Of a DNA stretch of 51,828 nucleotides, positions 1 through 7,638 are shown piece by piece. The number at the start of each line of letters is the position of its first letter. Positions within the stretch are counted from its first letter, which is position 1. This stretch comes from Archangium sp. (lineage in GTDB: Bacteria; Myxococcota; Myxococcia; Myxococcales; Myxococcaceae): assembly GCA_031367385.1 (NCBI GenBank), contig JANLPS010000012.1, forward strand, positions 1 through 51,828. The letters run 5' to 3'. The notes under the pieces are model-generated. The model was not told the DNA's origin, did no database searches, and worked only from the letters and a program-made list of their open reading frames with translations. A program made the position numbers and the translations under genes.

Positions 1-109
1 ACCGCATGCGCAGTGCCTTCTCTTCAGTCGTCGTCACTGATGATTTCTGCAAACCGCTCGTCACGATTTCTGCGGTGACCACTGCGGTACTTCCAGACTT
101 GCGTTCCAT
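1..109 (-). CDS. Partial small hypothetical protein (N-terminus MERKSGSTAVVTAEIVTSGLQKSSVTTTEEKALRMR...), runs off the window edge
   Basis: Manual translation: ATG at 109 with GAGG upstream, open to the edge; EEKALRMR resembles a sigma region-4-like helix start. Confidence 0.6.
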   Translation of the reverse strand, partial: MERKSGSTAVVTAEIVTSGLQKSSVTTTEEKALRMR

Positions 110-311
110 TTTAAACCTCGCTGTCGGATACTGAACAACCGGCCATGTACGATGCGGCAAACCCGCAACTGGAGAGGAGTTTAGCGATCGACGACGAGCC
201 CGCAAATTTTTGGCCAGAAGTTTTCGACGCTTCGTTCAGACTGTCGCCGACGACCTAAGCCCCTGCAACTTCTCGTCTTTTTCGAGCAGTTCTGCGCAGT
301 TACCCGCCTTT

Positions 312-1487
312 TTAGTGGGCGGGCTTCTTCTTCACCGGCTTGGTGCTCAGGGCAGGCGGCGGTTTGGGCTTGGGCGTCGGCGCGGTGGCGGGCTTGGTCG
401 CCTCGACCGAATCGGGCGTGGTGGGCGGCCCTTCATCGTCATCGGCGGCCTCGTCGACGACGGGCTCGGGCGCGGCGACGGTGCCTCCGGGCACGATGGG
501 CCCGTTGAGTGAGACGCCCGCGTCGGTGCGCTCGATGCCGAAGCGCTCGAGGGCGGCGGCGAGGCCAGAGGGTTTGTCTTCATCGGGCAGCGCGTCGGCC
601 GGCGCTGAAATGGTCGGCTCGCGGCCGATCTCGGTCATCGATGAATCGAGCACCAACCGCAGGTCAGAGTCGCCCTTCTCGTTGGTCACGCCGATGCGCC
701 CGTCGAGGCGGGCCTTGAGCACGACCGAGGTCTCTTGATCGACCAGCACCTCGCCCTGCAGCGCTTTGGGCTGACGCAGATCATAGAAGGCCTGCCGCCG
801 CTTGGTCGTCTCGTCGACGCCGTTCTTCGGCTTGACCACCACCGGCAGCTTGGTCTCGTCTTCACCCTCCGCGGGAGCGAGCGAGACGGTGTACTTCCAC
901 GCGGTGCGGCCCTCGATGGTGGCGGTGCCCTGCGCGCTCAGCTTGAGTCGGCCTCGAAACAGCTGATCGAAGTCGCGCATGCCGCCGAAGGCCTCGTCGC
1001 GAATGCGCTCGGCCATGCCGCGGTCACGAAGGCGCTGCCGAAATTTCGCCGCGCCTGCCGAGCCATAGGTCGAGCGCGCGAAGACCTGGCCGCCGACGCG
1101 AATGACCTCGACGCCCTGCTCATTCGTGTTCGACAACTTGGCCGAAAAATCACCGCTCACCCCGCCCTTGCCGGCGAGCAGCTCCCGGTTCTCTTTGAGT
1201 CGAACGCTCTTCACCGCGGCGGTCGGCGAGGTCCACTCCCAGGAGATGGTGGCGGCGTACTTGTGCGGCCCGATGCGCTCGGTCGCCTCGCCGGCCCGCA
1301 TGCCCAGCACCCGGCGAGAGATGCGAGGTGAGTCAGCGACCTCTTGGGGCGGCAGCTTCTCGGCGGCCGAGGCCACGGCCTGCGGCGGGTCTTCGGGCGA
1401 AAAAATGCGCTTTTTCGCGGCCTTGTCGACGGGGTCGGGGCACCCAAAGAGCCCGCAGAGCAGCACGATGACAAGCCAACGGTTCAC
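312..1487 (-). CDS. Hypothetical lipoprotein with Pro/Lys-rich C-terminal tail
   Basis: ORF 312..1553; a GTG start at 1487 gives a signal peptide (xNRWLVIVLLCGLFGC) ending in a lipobox-like Cys. Confidence 0.75.
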   Translation of the reverse strand: MNRWLVIVLLCGLFGCPDPVDKAAKKRIFSPEDPPQAVASAAEKLPPQEVADSPRISRRVLGMRAGEATERIGPHKYAATISWEWTSPTAAVKSVRLKENRELLAGKGGVSGDFSAKLSNTNEQGVEVIRVGGQVFARSTYGSAGAAKFRQRLRDRGMAERIRDEAFGGMRDFDQLFRGRLKLSAQGTATIEGRTAWKYTVSLAPAEGEDETKLPVVVKPKNGVDETTKRRQAFYDLRQPKALQGEVLVDQETSVVLKARLDGRIGVTNEKGDSDLRLVLDSSMTEIGREPTISAPADALPDEDKPSGLAAALERFGIERTDAGVSLNGPIVPGGTVAAPEPVVDEAADDDEGPPTTPDSVEATKPATAPTPKPKPPPALSTKPVKKKPAH

Positions 1488-1568
1488 GCGGTCACGAGCC
1501 TTAGCATCGGTCTTTGGTCGGGGCGACTGCATTGAATGACGCCCAAAGCCCACTAAGGTGAGGCCCTC

Positions 1569-2864
1569 ATGATTACCCGCTTCGGCCTCGCGGTCGGCTT
1601 CATCATCTGCATCGCCGTTGTGTCAGTCGCCGCCTGTGGGCCCACCGAGCTCAACTGCACCCCGAACACCTGCAGCATGGGCTGTTGCAACGCCAGCGGC
1701 ACCTGCGTCTCGGGCAAAGACAACGGCGCGTGCGGCAAGTCGGGCCTGAGCTGCTCGGCGTGTGCGAGCGATCAGCACTGCGGCGGTACCGGAGCGTGCG
1801 TGGCCGGCGCCCCCATGGCCACCGTCATCACCGCCACCGCGTCGCTGCCCGACGTCACCTGGGTGGTCGATAAATCAGGCTCGATGCTCTCACCCATCGA
1901 GTCGACCGGCGCGTGCCCCGCGGGGTGTGGCCAGAGCAACCCCTGCCCTGCCGGCTGCTCGACCCGCTGGGGCACGATTCGCGCGGTGCTCGGTGCGGAG
2001 TTGACGGCGAGTGCCACCAGCGCGCGGCACAGCGGCGTGCTCTTTCCCACTGACAATACTTGCGGCGTGCCGATGGCCTTCGACGTCGCGCCGACCACCG
2101 ACGTCGAGCCTGATCTCTCGGCGCTGGCCAACCGGCTGATCAGCGCGCTCGACGCGGCCAAGCCGACCGGTGGCACCCCCACGGCGCAGTCGCTCCAGTT
2201 GCTGACTGGCGTGACCGGGTTTCGCACCGATGAGCGAGATCATCTGGTCGTGCTGATCACCGATGGCGTGCCCAACTGCAACCCCAAGAACCCCAACACC
2301 TGCGACAACATCACCACCTGCCGTTGCACGCTCAATACCTGCGCGGCGAGCAGCTGCTCCCTGGGGTGCCTCGACGAGGCGGCGACGGGCAAAGCGGTCG
2401 CGGAGCTGTCGGCCGCGGGCGCGCGGGTGTTGGTGGTCGCGGTGGGGCTCGAAGTCGCCACCACCGACGCCGAGAAGGTCTTGAGCCACCTGGCGCAGAG
2501 CTCGATTGAAAAACTGTCGTGCCCCAATGCCACCGACGCCGAGTGCGGGCCCGACAACACCTGCGACACCTCGACCTTGCGCTGCTCGCTGCCCTACTTC
2601 GTGATGCGTCGGGCGATCGCCGGCAGCGGAGGCACCTCGCCGACCTCGGTCTTCGGCCGAATCGACGCTCGCATTCGCGCCGCGACCCGCTGCCGCTACA
2701 ACCTGAGCGACACCACCGGCGCGACGTTGATCATCGACGGCGTCGCCCACGCCCGCGGCGACGGGTGGGACATCGAAGGCGTCACGGTGGCACGGCTGAG
2801 CGGCGCGACGTGCAACGCCGTGCTCGCCAACCCTGATGCGAAGATCTCGTTTGAAGCGCGCTGA
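1569..2864 (+). CDS. Cys-rich VWA-domain lipoprotein, CglB (gliding adhesin)-like
   Basis: Lipobox VAAC; MIDAS DKSGS, GGTPT and LITDGVPNC motifs; many Cys; GAGG RBS. Confidence 0.75.
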   Translation: MITRFGLAVGFIICIAVVSVAACGPTELNCTPNTCSMGCCNASGTCVSGKDNGACGKSGLSCSACASDQHCGGTGACVAGAPMATVITATASLPDVTWVVDKSGSMLSPIESTGACPAGCGQSNPCPAGCSTRWGTIRAVLGAELTASATSARHSGVLFPTDNTCGVPMAFDVAPTTDVEPDLSALANRLISALDAAKPTGGTPTAQSLQLLTGVTGFRTDERDHLVVLITDGVPNCNPKNPNTCDNITTCRCTLNTCAASSCSLGCLDEAATGKAVAELSAAGARVLVVAVGLEVATTDAEKVLSHLAQSSIEKLSCPNATDAECGPDNTCDTSTLRCSLPYFVMRRAIAGSGGTSPTSVFGRIDARIRAATRCRYNLSDTTGATLIIDGVAHARGDGWDIEGVTVARLSGATCNAVLANPDAKISFEAR

Positions 2865-3357
2865 GGTTCTCGCGACGGTGTTGATGCTCTGCGCCGGGGG
2901 CGCTGCCTTCGCGCAAGACGCCGGAGCGCCTGCACCAGACCCCGAGTGCCTGTTGAACGCAGACGTCGTGGCGGCACCGCTCAAAGCGAAGTTGCCGAAG
3001 TCCATCAAGCTCCTCGAGAGTAAAGCCGAGGGGCGGCTCTTCACCCAGCGCCTGCAGATGGCCGACGGAGCGATCATCACCGTCAGCATTGGAGGCTGCG
3101 CCCACCTCGCCTTCGACCTGCGCATCGAGCGCCCCGATCTGGGGGCCAACCTGCTCAAAGGCGTGGAGGCGGTGAGCGCATCGCTGCGGGCGCTGCCGCT
3201 CAACACGTACCCCAAGGGCATCGCGAACCAGCTGCTCGACGCGTTGGGCAAGGCGAAGGTCTCGAAATCACCCGCAGAATTGCCCTGCGGAGACGGGGTG
3301 TGCCGCTTCGAGCTGAACGCCGGGCAGGCTCTGATTTCGTACGACTTTGCCCTTTGA
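2836..3357 (+). CDS. Secreted hypothetical protein
   Basis: Signal peptide ending AAFA-QDAG; overlaps the upstream stop; exact start uncertain. Confidence 0.7.
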   Translation: MRRSRLKRAEVLATVLMLCAGGAAFAQDAGAPAPDPECLLNADVVAAPLKAKLPKSIKLLESKAEGRLFTQRLQMADGAIITVSIGGCAHLAFDLRIERPDLGANLLKGVEAVSASLRALPLNTYPKGIANQLLDALGKAKVSKSPAELPCGDGVCRFELNAGQALISYDFAL

Positions 3358-3399
3358 CGCATGGTTCTCGCCGCGGGCCGCTGGTAAGACGCGCGCCCC

Positions 3400-4161
3400 A
3401 TGCAGAGCCTGCGCGACAAACTCCTGAAGGCTGGTCTCGTCTCCGAAGAAGCGGCCAAGAAGGTCGAGACCGAGAAATCAACGTCAAAGCCGCCGCCGAT
3501 GCGCGAAGCCCGTTCGGGGCCTCCGCAGGGTGAACGTCGCGGGCCGCCTCCGCCCTCTCGCCGTGGGCCGCCACCTGAACGCCGCGGGCCTCCTCCCGAG
3601 CGCCGGGGGCCTCCGCCAGTCGCGCGCGCCGAGATGCGCATACCCAAGCTGCCGCCGATGCCGGGGAGCAAAGAGGCGCACCGCCTGCAATCGAAGAAGC
3701 AGGTTCAGCTCGATCGCGACTTGCGCGAGATGGTGGTGGCCACCGAAGTCGGCAAAGAGCCCGGCGCAACCACCTTTCATTTCGTCACGCGCAAGAACAC
3801 GCTGCGGCGCCTCGAGCTCACCGAAGCCCAGGCCAAGCTCCTCGAGACGGGTGAGCTGGCCGTCGTCGAGCGGCCCGACCCCGACAAGATCGATCACTCG
3901 CTGGTACCGGCCGAAGTGGCGCGCGCGATGGCCAAGCTCTCGCCGAAGTCAGTGCGGTTCTTGAATGATCAGCAGGGCTCGAAGGTGGGCTTCTTGACTG
4001 ACGAAGAGATCGCCGCGCGGGCCCACGAGGTGACCGCCAACCCAGAGCTCGAGAGCAACGACGCCGAGCCCGAAGCCGCAGACGAGGCGTCGCCGGCCGA
4101 AGCAGAAGCCGCGCCCGCTGCATCGACCTGGGTGACCATCAAGCGCTCGCCCATCGCCTGA
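3400..4161 (+). CDS. DUF2058 (YaiL-like) family protein
   Basis: Characteristic N-terminus MQSLRDKLLKAGLV; central RRGPPP repeats; acidic tail. Confidence 0.75.
   Translation: MQSLRDKLLKAGLVSEEAAKKVETEKSTSKPPPMREARSGPPQGERRGPPPPSRRGPPPERRGPPPERRGPPPVARAEMRIPKLPPMPGSKEAHRLQSKKQVQLDRDLREMVVATEVGKEPGATTFHFVTRKNTLRRLELTEAQAKLLETGELAVVERPDPDKIDHSLVPAEVARAMAKLSPKSVRFLNDQQGSKVGFLTDEEIAARAHEVTANPELESNDAEPEAADEASPAEAEAAPAASTWVTIKRSPIA
3535..3618 (+). repeat. Coding tandem repeat RRGPPP(E/S) x4, ~21-bp unit
   Basis: Directly visible in the translation. Confidence 0.8.
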
Positions 4162-4170
4162 CGCTCCGAC

Positions 4171-4668
4171 ATGAACGAAAACCTGCCTCTGCGTGAGCGC
4201 AAGATCGACCTCTTCTTCGCGGTGTTGTTCGTGACCTTCGCGGTGACCTCGGGCATCTCAGACGCGGTGCCGACCCTGGGCATCGAGATGACGGCCGACT
4301 CGGCGAACCCGATCGTGCGCGCGAATTACTGGTACGCCCACGACGCCGACCCGCTCTTCATGCACGCCCCGGTGTGGATGCGCATCGTCACCGGGCTGTC
4401 GACTTTCGTGTACGGGCCCTTCTACCTCGTGCTTGCGTATTGCCTGGTCAAAGGCCGAAACTGGATTCAGCTGCCGGCGGTCATCTACGGCACGATGATC
4501 AGCACCATCACCGGCATCATCGTCACCGGCGTCGAGCTGTTCGGCGAGCCGCAGTATCAAACCCAGAACGCGGTGAAGTTTTTCTCGTTCAACTGGCCGT
4601 ACATCTTCATGCCTATCGTGCTGATCATTCGCATGAGAAGGCCGATGCCGTTCACACGAAGGTTCTAA
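4171..4668 (+). CDS. EXPERA/emopamil-binding-protein-like membrane protein
   Basis: Four hydrophobic segments, WY..DADPLF and FNWPY motifs. Confidence 0.7.
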   Translation: MNENLPLRERKIDLFFAVLFVTFAVTSGISDAVPTLGIEMTADSANPIVRANYWYAHDADPLFMHAPVWMRIVTGLSTFVYGPFYLVLAYCLVKGRNWIQLPAVIYGTMISTITGIIVTGVELFGEPQYQTQNAVKFFSFNWPYIFMPIVLIIRMRRPMPFTRRF

Positions 4669-4670
4669 CT

Positions 4671-5225
4671 ATGGCTGGCAAAGACAAAGACGACGACACG
4701 GGCATGACCGGTCGGCGCAAGAAGACCTGGCGAGAGCTCGACGCGGGCCGAGGCAAGTCGAAGTACAACTCGCGGCAAGACGACCCGGGGCAACAACGCA
4801 TCGAGCGCAGCGCCAGCTACGAGAAGTACAAGCAGGCCGCCGACTCGCTGTTCACCGGAGGCGAGCTGCCCAAGGGCCTCGCCGAGACCTTCGACCCCGA
4901 GGGCAAACGCAAAGAGCAGAAGACCGCCTTCGCGAAAATCGCCCAGGCCCCCGACCGAAAGGCCTGGGCCGTGCTGGTCACCGAGTACCTTGAGAAGTAC
5001 CCGGAGCTGCCTGAAGACCTCTATTTTCTCGACTCGCTGCTCGATCACCCCAAAGACCGCCTGGTCGACAAGGCGCTGGGCAAGCTCGAGGGGCTCCAAG
5101 AAGAGGGCAAGCTCATCAAAGAGAAGACCCCGCGGAGCCTCGAGCAGCGCCTGCGGGCCCTCGAAATGACCTCGATGGATGACGAGGTGAAGGTTCGCGC
5201 GAAGGCGCTTCGCAGCAAGCTTTGA
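4671..5225 (+). CDS. Hypothetical charged protein (MAGKDKDDD...)
   Basis: In-frame ATG at 4671 just after the upstream stop; normal codon pattern from there on. Confidence 0.75.
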   Translation: MAGKDKDDDTGMTGRRKKTWRELDAGRGKSKYNSRQDDPGQQRIERSASYEKYKQAADSLFTGGELPKGLAETFDPEGKRKEQKTAFAKIAQAPDRKAWAVLVTEYLEKYPELPEDLYFLDSLLDHPKDRLVDKALGKLEGLQEEGKLIKEKTPRSLEQRLRALEMTSMDDEVKVRAKALRSKL

Positions 5226-5350
5226 GCCCGTAAGTGGCTTGAATTGCTGAAGAATAAATATCAATTAAATGCCGTGAATACGCCGCTCCGGGTGCCGTCT
5301 GAGGGCCACCTGCCGCCGTCTGGGCAGCTCACCCACACAAGGAGTACGTC

Positions 5351-5764
5351 ATGAAGAACCTCATCATTGGTGCCCTCGTCGCTGTTGCCGGTGTTGCGTT
5401 TGCTGGCACGACCCCCGCCGTTGTGACCCCCGCTCCCGCGCCCGTTGCGAAGGAGATGAAAGCGACCAAGGCCGAGAAGAAGAAGGTCGTCGCGATGAAG
5501 ACCGAGGCGAAAACGGAGGCGAAAACCGAAGCCAAGACCGAAGTGAAAGCCGCCGAGCCGAAGACCGAGGCCAAGGCTGCTGCGAAGACCGACGTGAAGG
5601 CCGCCGAGCCGAAGGCAGAGAACGCCAAGGCGGTGATGCCCAAGGTCGAAGAGAAGAAGGAGCAGAAGAAAGAAGCCGTCGCGCCCGCTCCCGCGACGAC
5701 CACCGTCACCACCGCGACCCCAGCGCCTTCACCCGCGCCGGCCGTGGCTCCCGCGAAGAAGTAA
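5351..5764 (+). CDS. Secreted low-complexity Lys/Ala/Glu-rich protein with KTEA repeats
   Basis: AAGGAG RBS, signal peptide ending AFA, KTEAKTEAKTEAKTEV repeats, AT-rich upstream region. Confidence 0.8.
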   Translation: MKNLIIGALVAVAGVAFAGTTPAVVTPAPAPVAKEMKATKAEKKKVVAMKTEAKTEAKTEAKTEVKAAEPKTEAKAAAKTDVKAAEPKAENAKAVMPKVEEKKEQKKEAVAPAPATTTVTTATPAPSPAPAVAPAKK

Positions 5765-5794
5765 CGCAGCAGCTCGTTGCGAAAAGCGTGAATC

Positions 5795-5834
5795 TCCGGA
5801 GTGCCGTCTCGATGGTGGCGCTCCGGATTTTTTT
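5795..5834 (+). terminator. Rho-independent terminator
   Basis: Stem TCCGGAGTGCC/GGCGCTCCGGA followed by a T7 tract, between convergent genes. Confidence 0.75.
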
Positions 5835-6483
5835 ATTCGCCGTCGATCTTCACCCACGCACGCCGGGCCGGCACGGTCACCATTCGCTGCTCCGGGAGCC
5901 ACACCGCGGTGAGCGTTTTGCCGTAGACGCAGCCGGTGTCGAGGCCCCAGGCATGGCGGTGCTTCTGCAACCCGCGCACGGCGTCATGGCCGAAATACAC
6001 GAAGCGAGGGCCCGCCCAGCGAGAGGCCCAGGGCACTCCGGCGTCGACGCGCTTCGACGGGTTGCCCTGCAGATCGAACGACCGCAGGTTGAGGCACCAA
6101 TCTCTGGGCTGCTCGAGCAACGGCGTTCGCAGCAAGAGCCCGGCGTGCACGACGAGCGAATTCAGCTCGGCGAAATCGAGCCAGAGCGGCAGGCGATCAA
6201 GGTACTCGACGTCGGCAGGGGTGAGCGACTTGGCCACCTCGCGGTGGTGCGCCGAGCCGTGTTTACCGGCCACGATGTTGAGCACGTGGGCGTCGTGGTT
6301 GCCCAGCACGCCGAGCGCCGATTTTTCGCGGGCCAGCTGCACCACGCCCTGCGAATCGGGGCCCTTGGCGACGAAGTCTCCGGCCAGCACCAGACGGTCG
6401 TCTGTGGTGAGCTCGGCGGCCTTGAGCAGGTCTTCGAGCTCTTCACGACAGCCGTGCACATCGCCGACAACGAGGGTTCTCAC
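5833..6483 (-). CDS. Calcineurin-like metallophosphoesterase (ApaH/PrpE-like)
   Basis: GDVHG, GDFVAKG, GNHD, HAG, FGH and GLDTGC motifs. Confidence 0.9.
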   Translation of the reverse strand: MRTLVVGDVHGCREELEDLLKAAELTTDDRLVLAGDFVAKGPDSQGVVQLAREKSALGVLGNHDAHVLNIVAGKHGSAHHREVAKSLTPADVEYLDRLPLWLDFAELNSLVVHAGLLLRTPLLEQPRDWCLNLRSFDLQGNPSKRVDAGVPWASRWAGPRFVYFGHDAVRGLQKHRHAWGLDTGCVYGKTLTAVWLPEQRMVTVPARRAWVKIDGE

Positions 6484-6487
6484 GAGT

Positions 6488-7006
6488 TCAAAAGCTCCAG
6501 CGAGACAGCCATTTCTGCGGGTGAAACTCGGGTATCGCGAGAGGTGTGAGCATCTCGGCGGCGCCGGGTTCGATCAGCTCGCGAACGTTGAGCTTGGTGC
6601 CGGTGCGGTAGTAGTGCGCGAGGTACTTCCAGTCGGCGCCCCACCAGTCGGAGACCCAGCGATCGAGATCAGTCACCTTCGATTCGTGCATCAGCTGCAT
6701 CGAATAGCGGGTGGCGTTCTTCTCGTATTCGTAGATCGCGGCGAGCTCTTTCTCGCCCTTGCCGATGCTCAGGTCGGTGCCGATGCGGCGGTACTCCTCC
6801 GAGGTGTTCCACTGCACGGTGTGCCCGAAGAGGTGCACCAGCACGAAGAAGGCGCTCTCGAGGTCTTGGTCGTAGTCGATTTGAATGCGAAGCCCGTCGA
6901 AGTCGCCGCTGTTCGGGTCGAGCACATCGCTGATCATCACCGGAATGTTGTACCGGGCCTCGATGCGGCGTTCGACGCGGTCGTAGGCGGTCTTGAAGTC
7001 GGTCAC
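6488..7006 (-). CDS. Hypothetical protein with HLFGH (HExxH-like) motif
   Basis: 172-aa ORF, 4-bp overlap with the upstream gene. Confidence 0.75.
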   Translation of the reverse strand: MTDFKTAYDRVERRIEARYNIPVMISDVLDPNSGDFDGLRIQIDYDQDLESAFFVLVHLFGHTVQWNTSEEYRRIGTDLSIGKGEKELAAIYEYEKNATRYSMQLMHESKVTDLDRWVSDWWGADWKYLAHYYRTGTKLNVRELIEPGAAEMLTPLAIPEFHPQKWLSRWSF

Positions 7007-7638
7007 GCGCGCACAGTAGCACTCTGTTCGAGCGCTTCGAGCACCGCTTCAACGCCCCGGCGCACGGCGGGCCAGCTGGTGAAGGGGGCTCCGTAGGTCA
7101 GGGCGGCGTCGGTCGGGCCCGCTGGGGCAACGATGTGCAACCCGCGCAGTGAATGGCCCCCGATGCGCGCGCGCTCACGTTTCAGCAGCTCGACGTACGA
7201 GGTGGGGTCTGCGGCGACGAAGCCGATCAGCGCGAAGAGAATCGTGTTCAGCCGGTCAGGCGTGCCCGCCAGGTGCGGAGCGTCGAGCAACGTCTCGACC
7301 CACGGCCCGACGTGCGGCTCGCGCTCTGCGTTGCGCTGCAGCTCGGCCCAGAGGGTGACGTAGCCGGTGACGACCTGCACCCGCGCGGTCTCGAGGTGCT
7401 CGGCCCAGAAGCGGGTTCGCATCGCCGCGTGCGTGTCAGGGTCGGTCGCGAGGGGGCTGCCGTGCTGCTGCCAGAGCGCGAAGGTGTCTTCGAAGCGCCA
7501 CCCGGGGGTGCGGGCGGCGAGCCAGACATGGGTGAAGTGCTGCGCGACCGCCTCGAGCTCTTCGGGGCTGCCCCACATCGTGGCAGTCTTCGAGAGGTGC
7601 CGCAGTCGAGCGGCGATGTCGCGCTCGAACGGGTTCAT
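7003..7638 (-). CDS. Hypothetical protein (MNPFERDIAARLRH...)
   Basis: ATG at 7638 overlaps the S9 gene stop (ATGA). Confidence 0.7.
   Translation of the reverse strand: MNPFERDIAARLRHLSKTATMWGSPEELEAVAQHFTHVWLAARTPGWRFEDTFALWQQHGSPLATDPDTHAAMRTRFWAEHLETARVQVVTGYVTLWAELQRNAEREPHVGPWVETLLDAPHLAGTPDRLNTILFALIGFVAADPTSYVELLKRERARIGGHSLRGLHIVAPAGPTDAALTYGAPFTSWPAVRRGVEAVLEALEQSATVRA

Noticed and set aside
1890..3671. 593-aa minus-strand ORF, and other long antisense ORFs such as 12682-13974, 20755-22029 and 37630-38838
   Set aside because: Shadow ORFs opposite well-supported genes, expected in high-GC DNA, with no motifs
4374..4670. N-terminal extension of ORF 4374..5225
   Set aside because: Out-of-frame overlap with the EXPERA gene; the ATG at 4671 fits better
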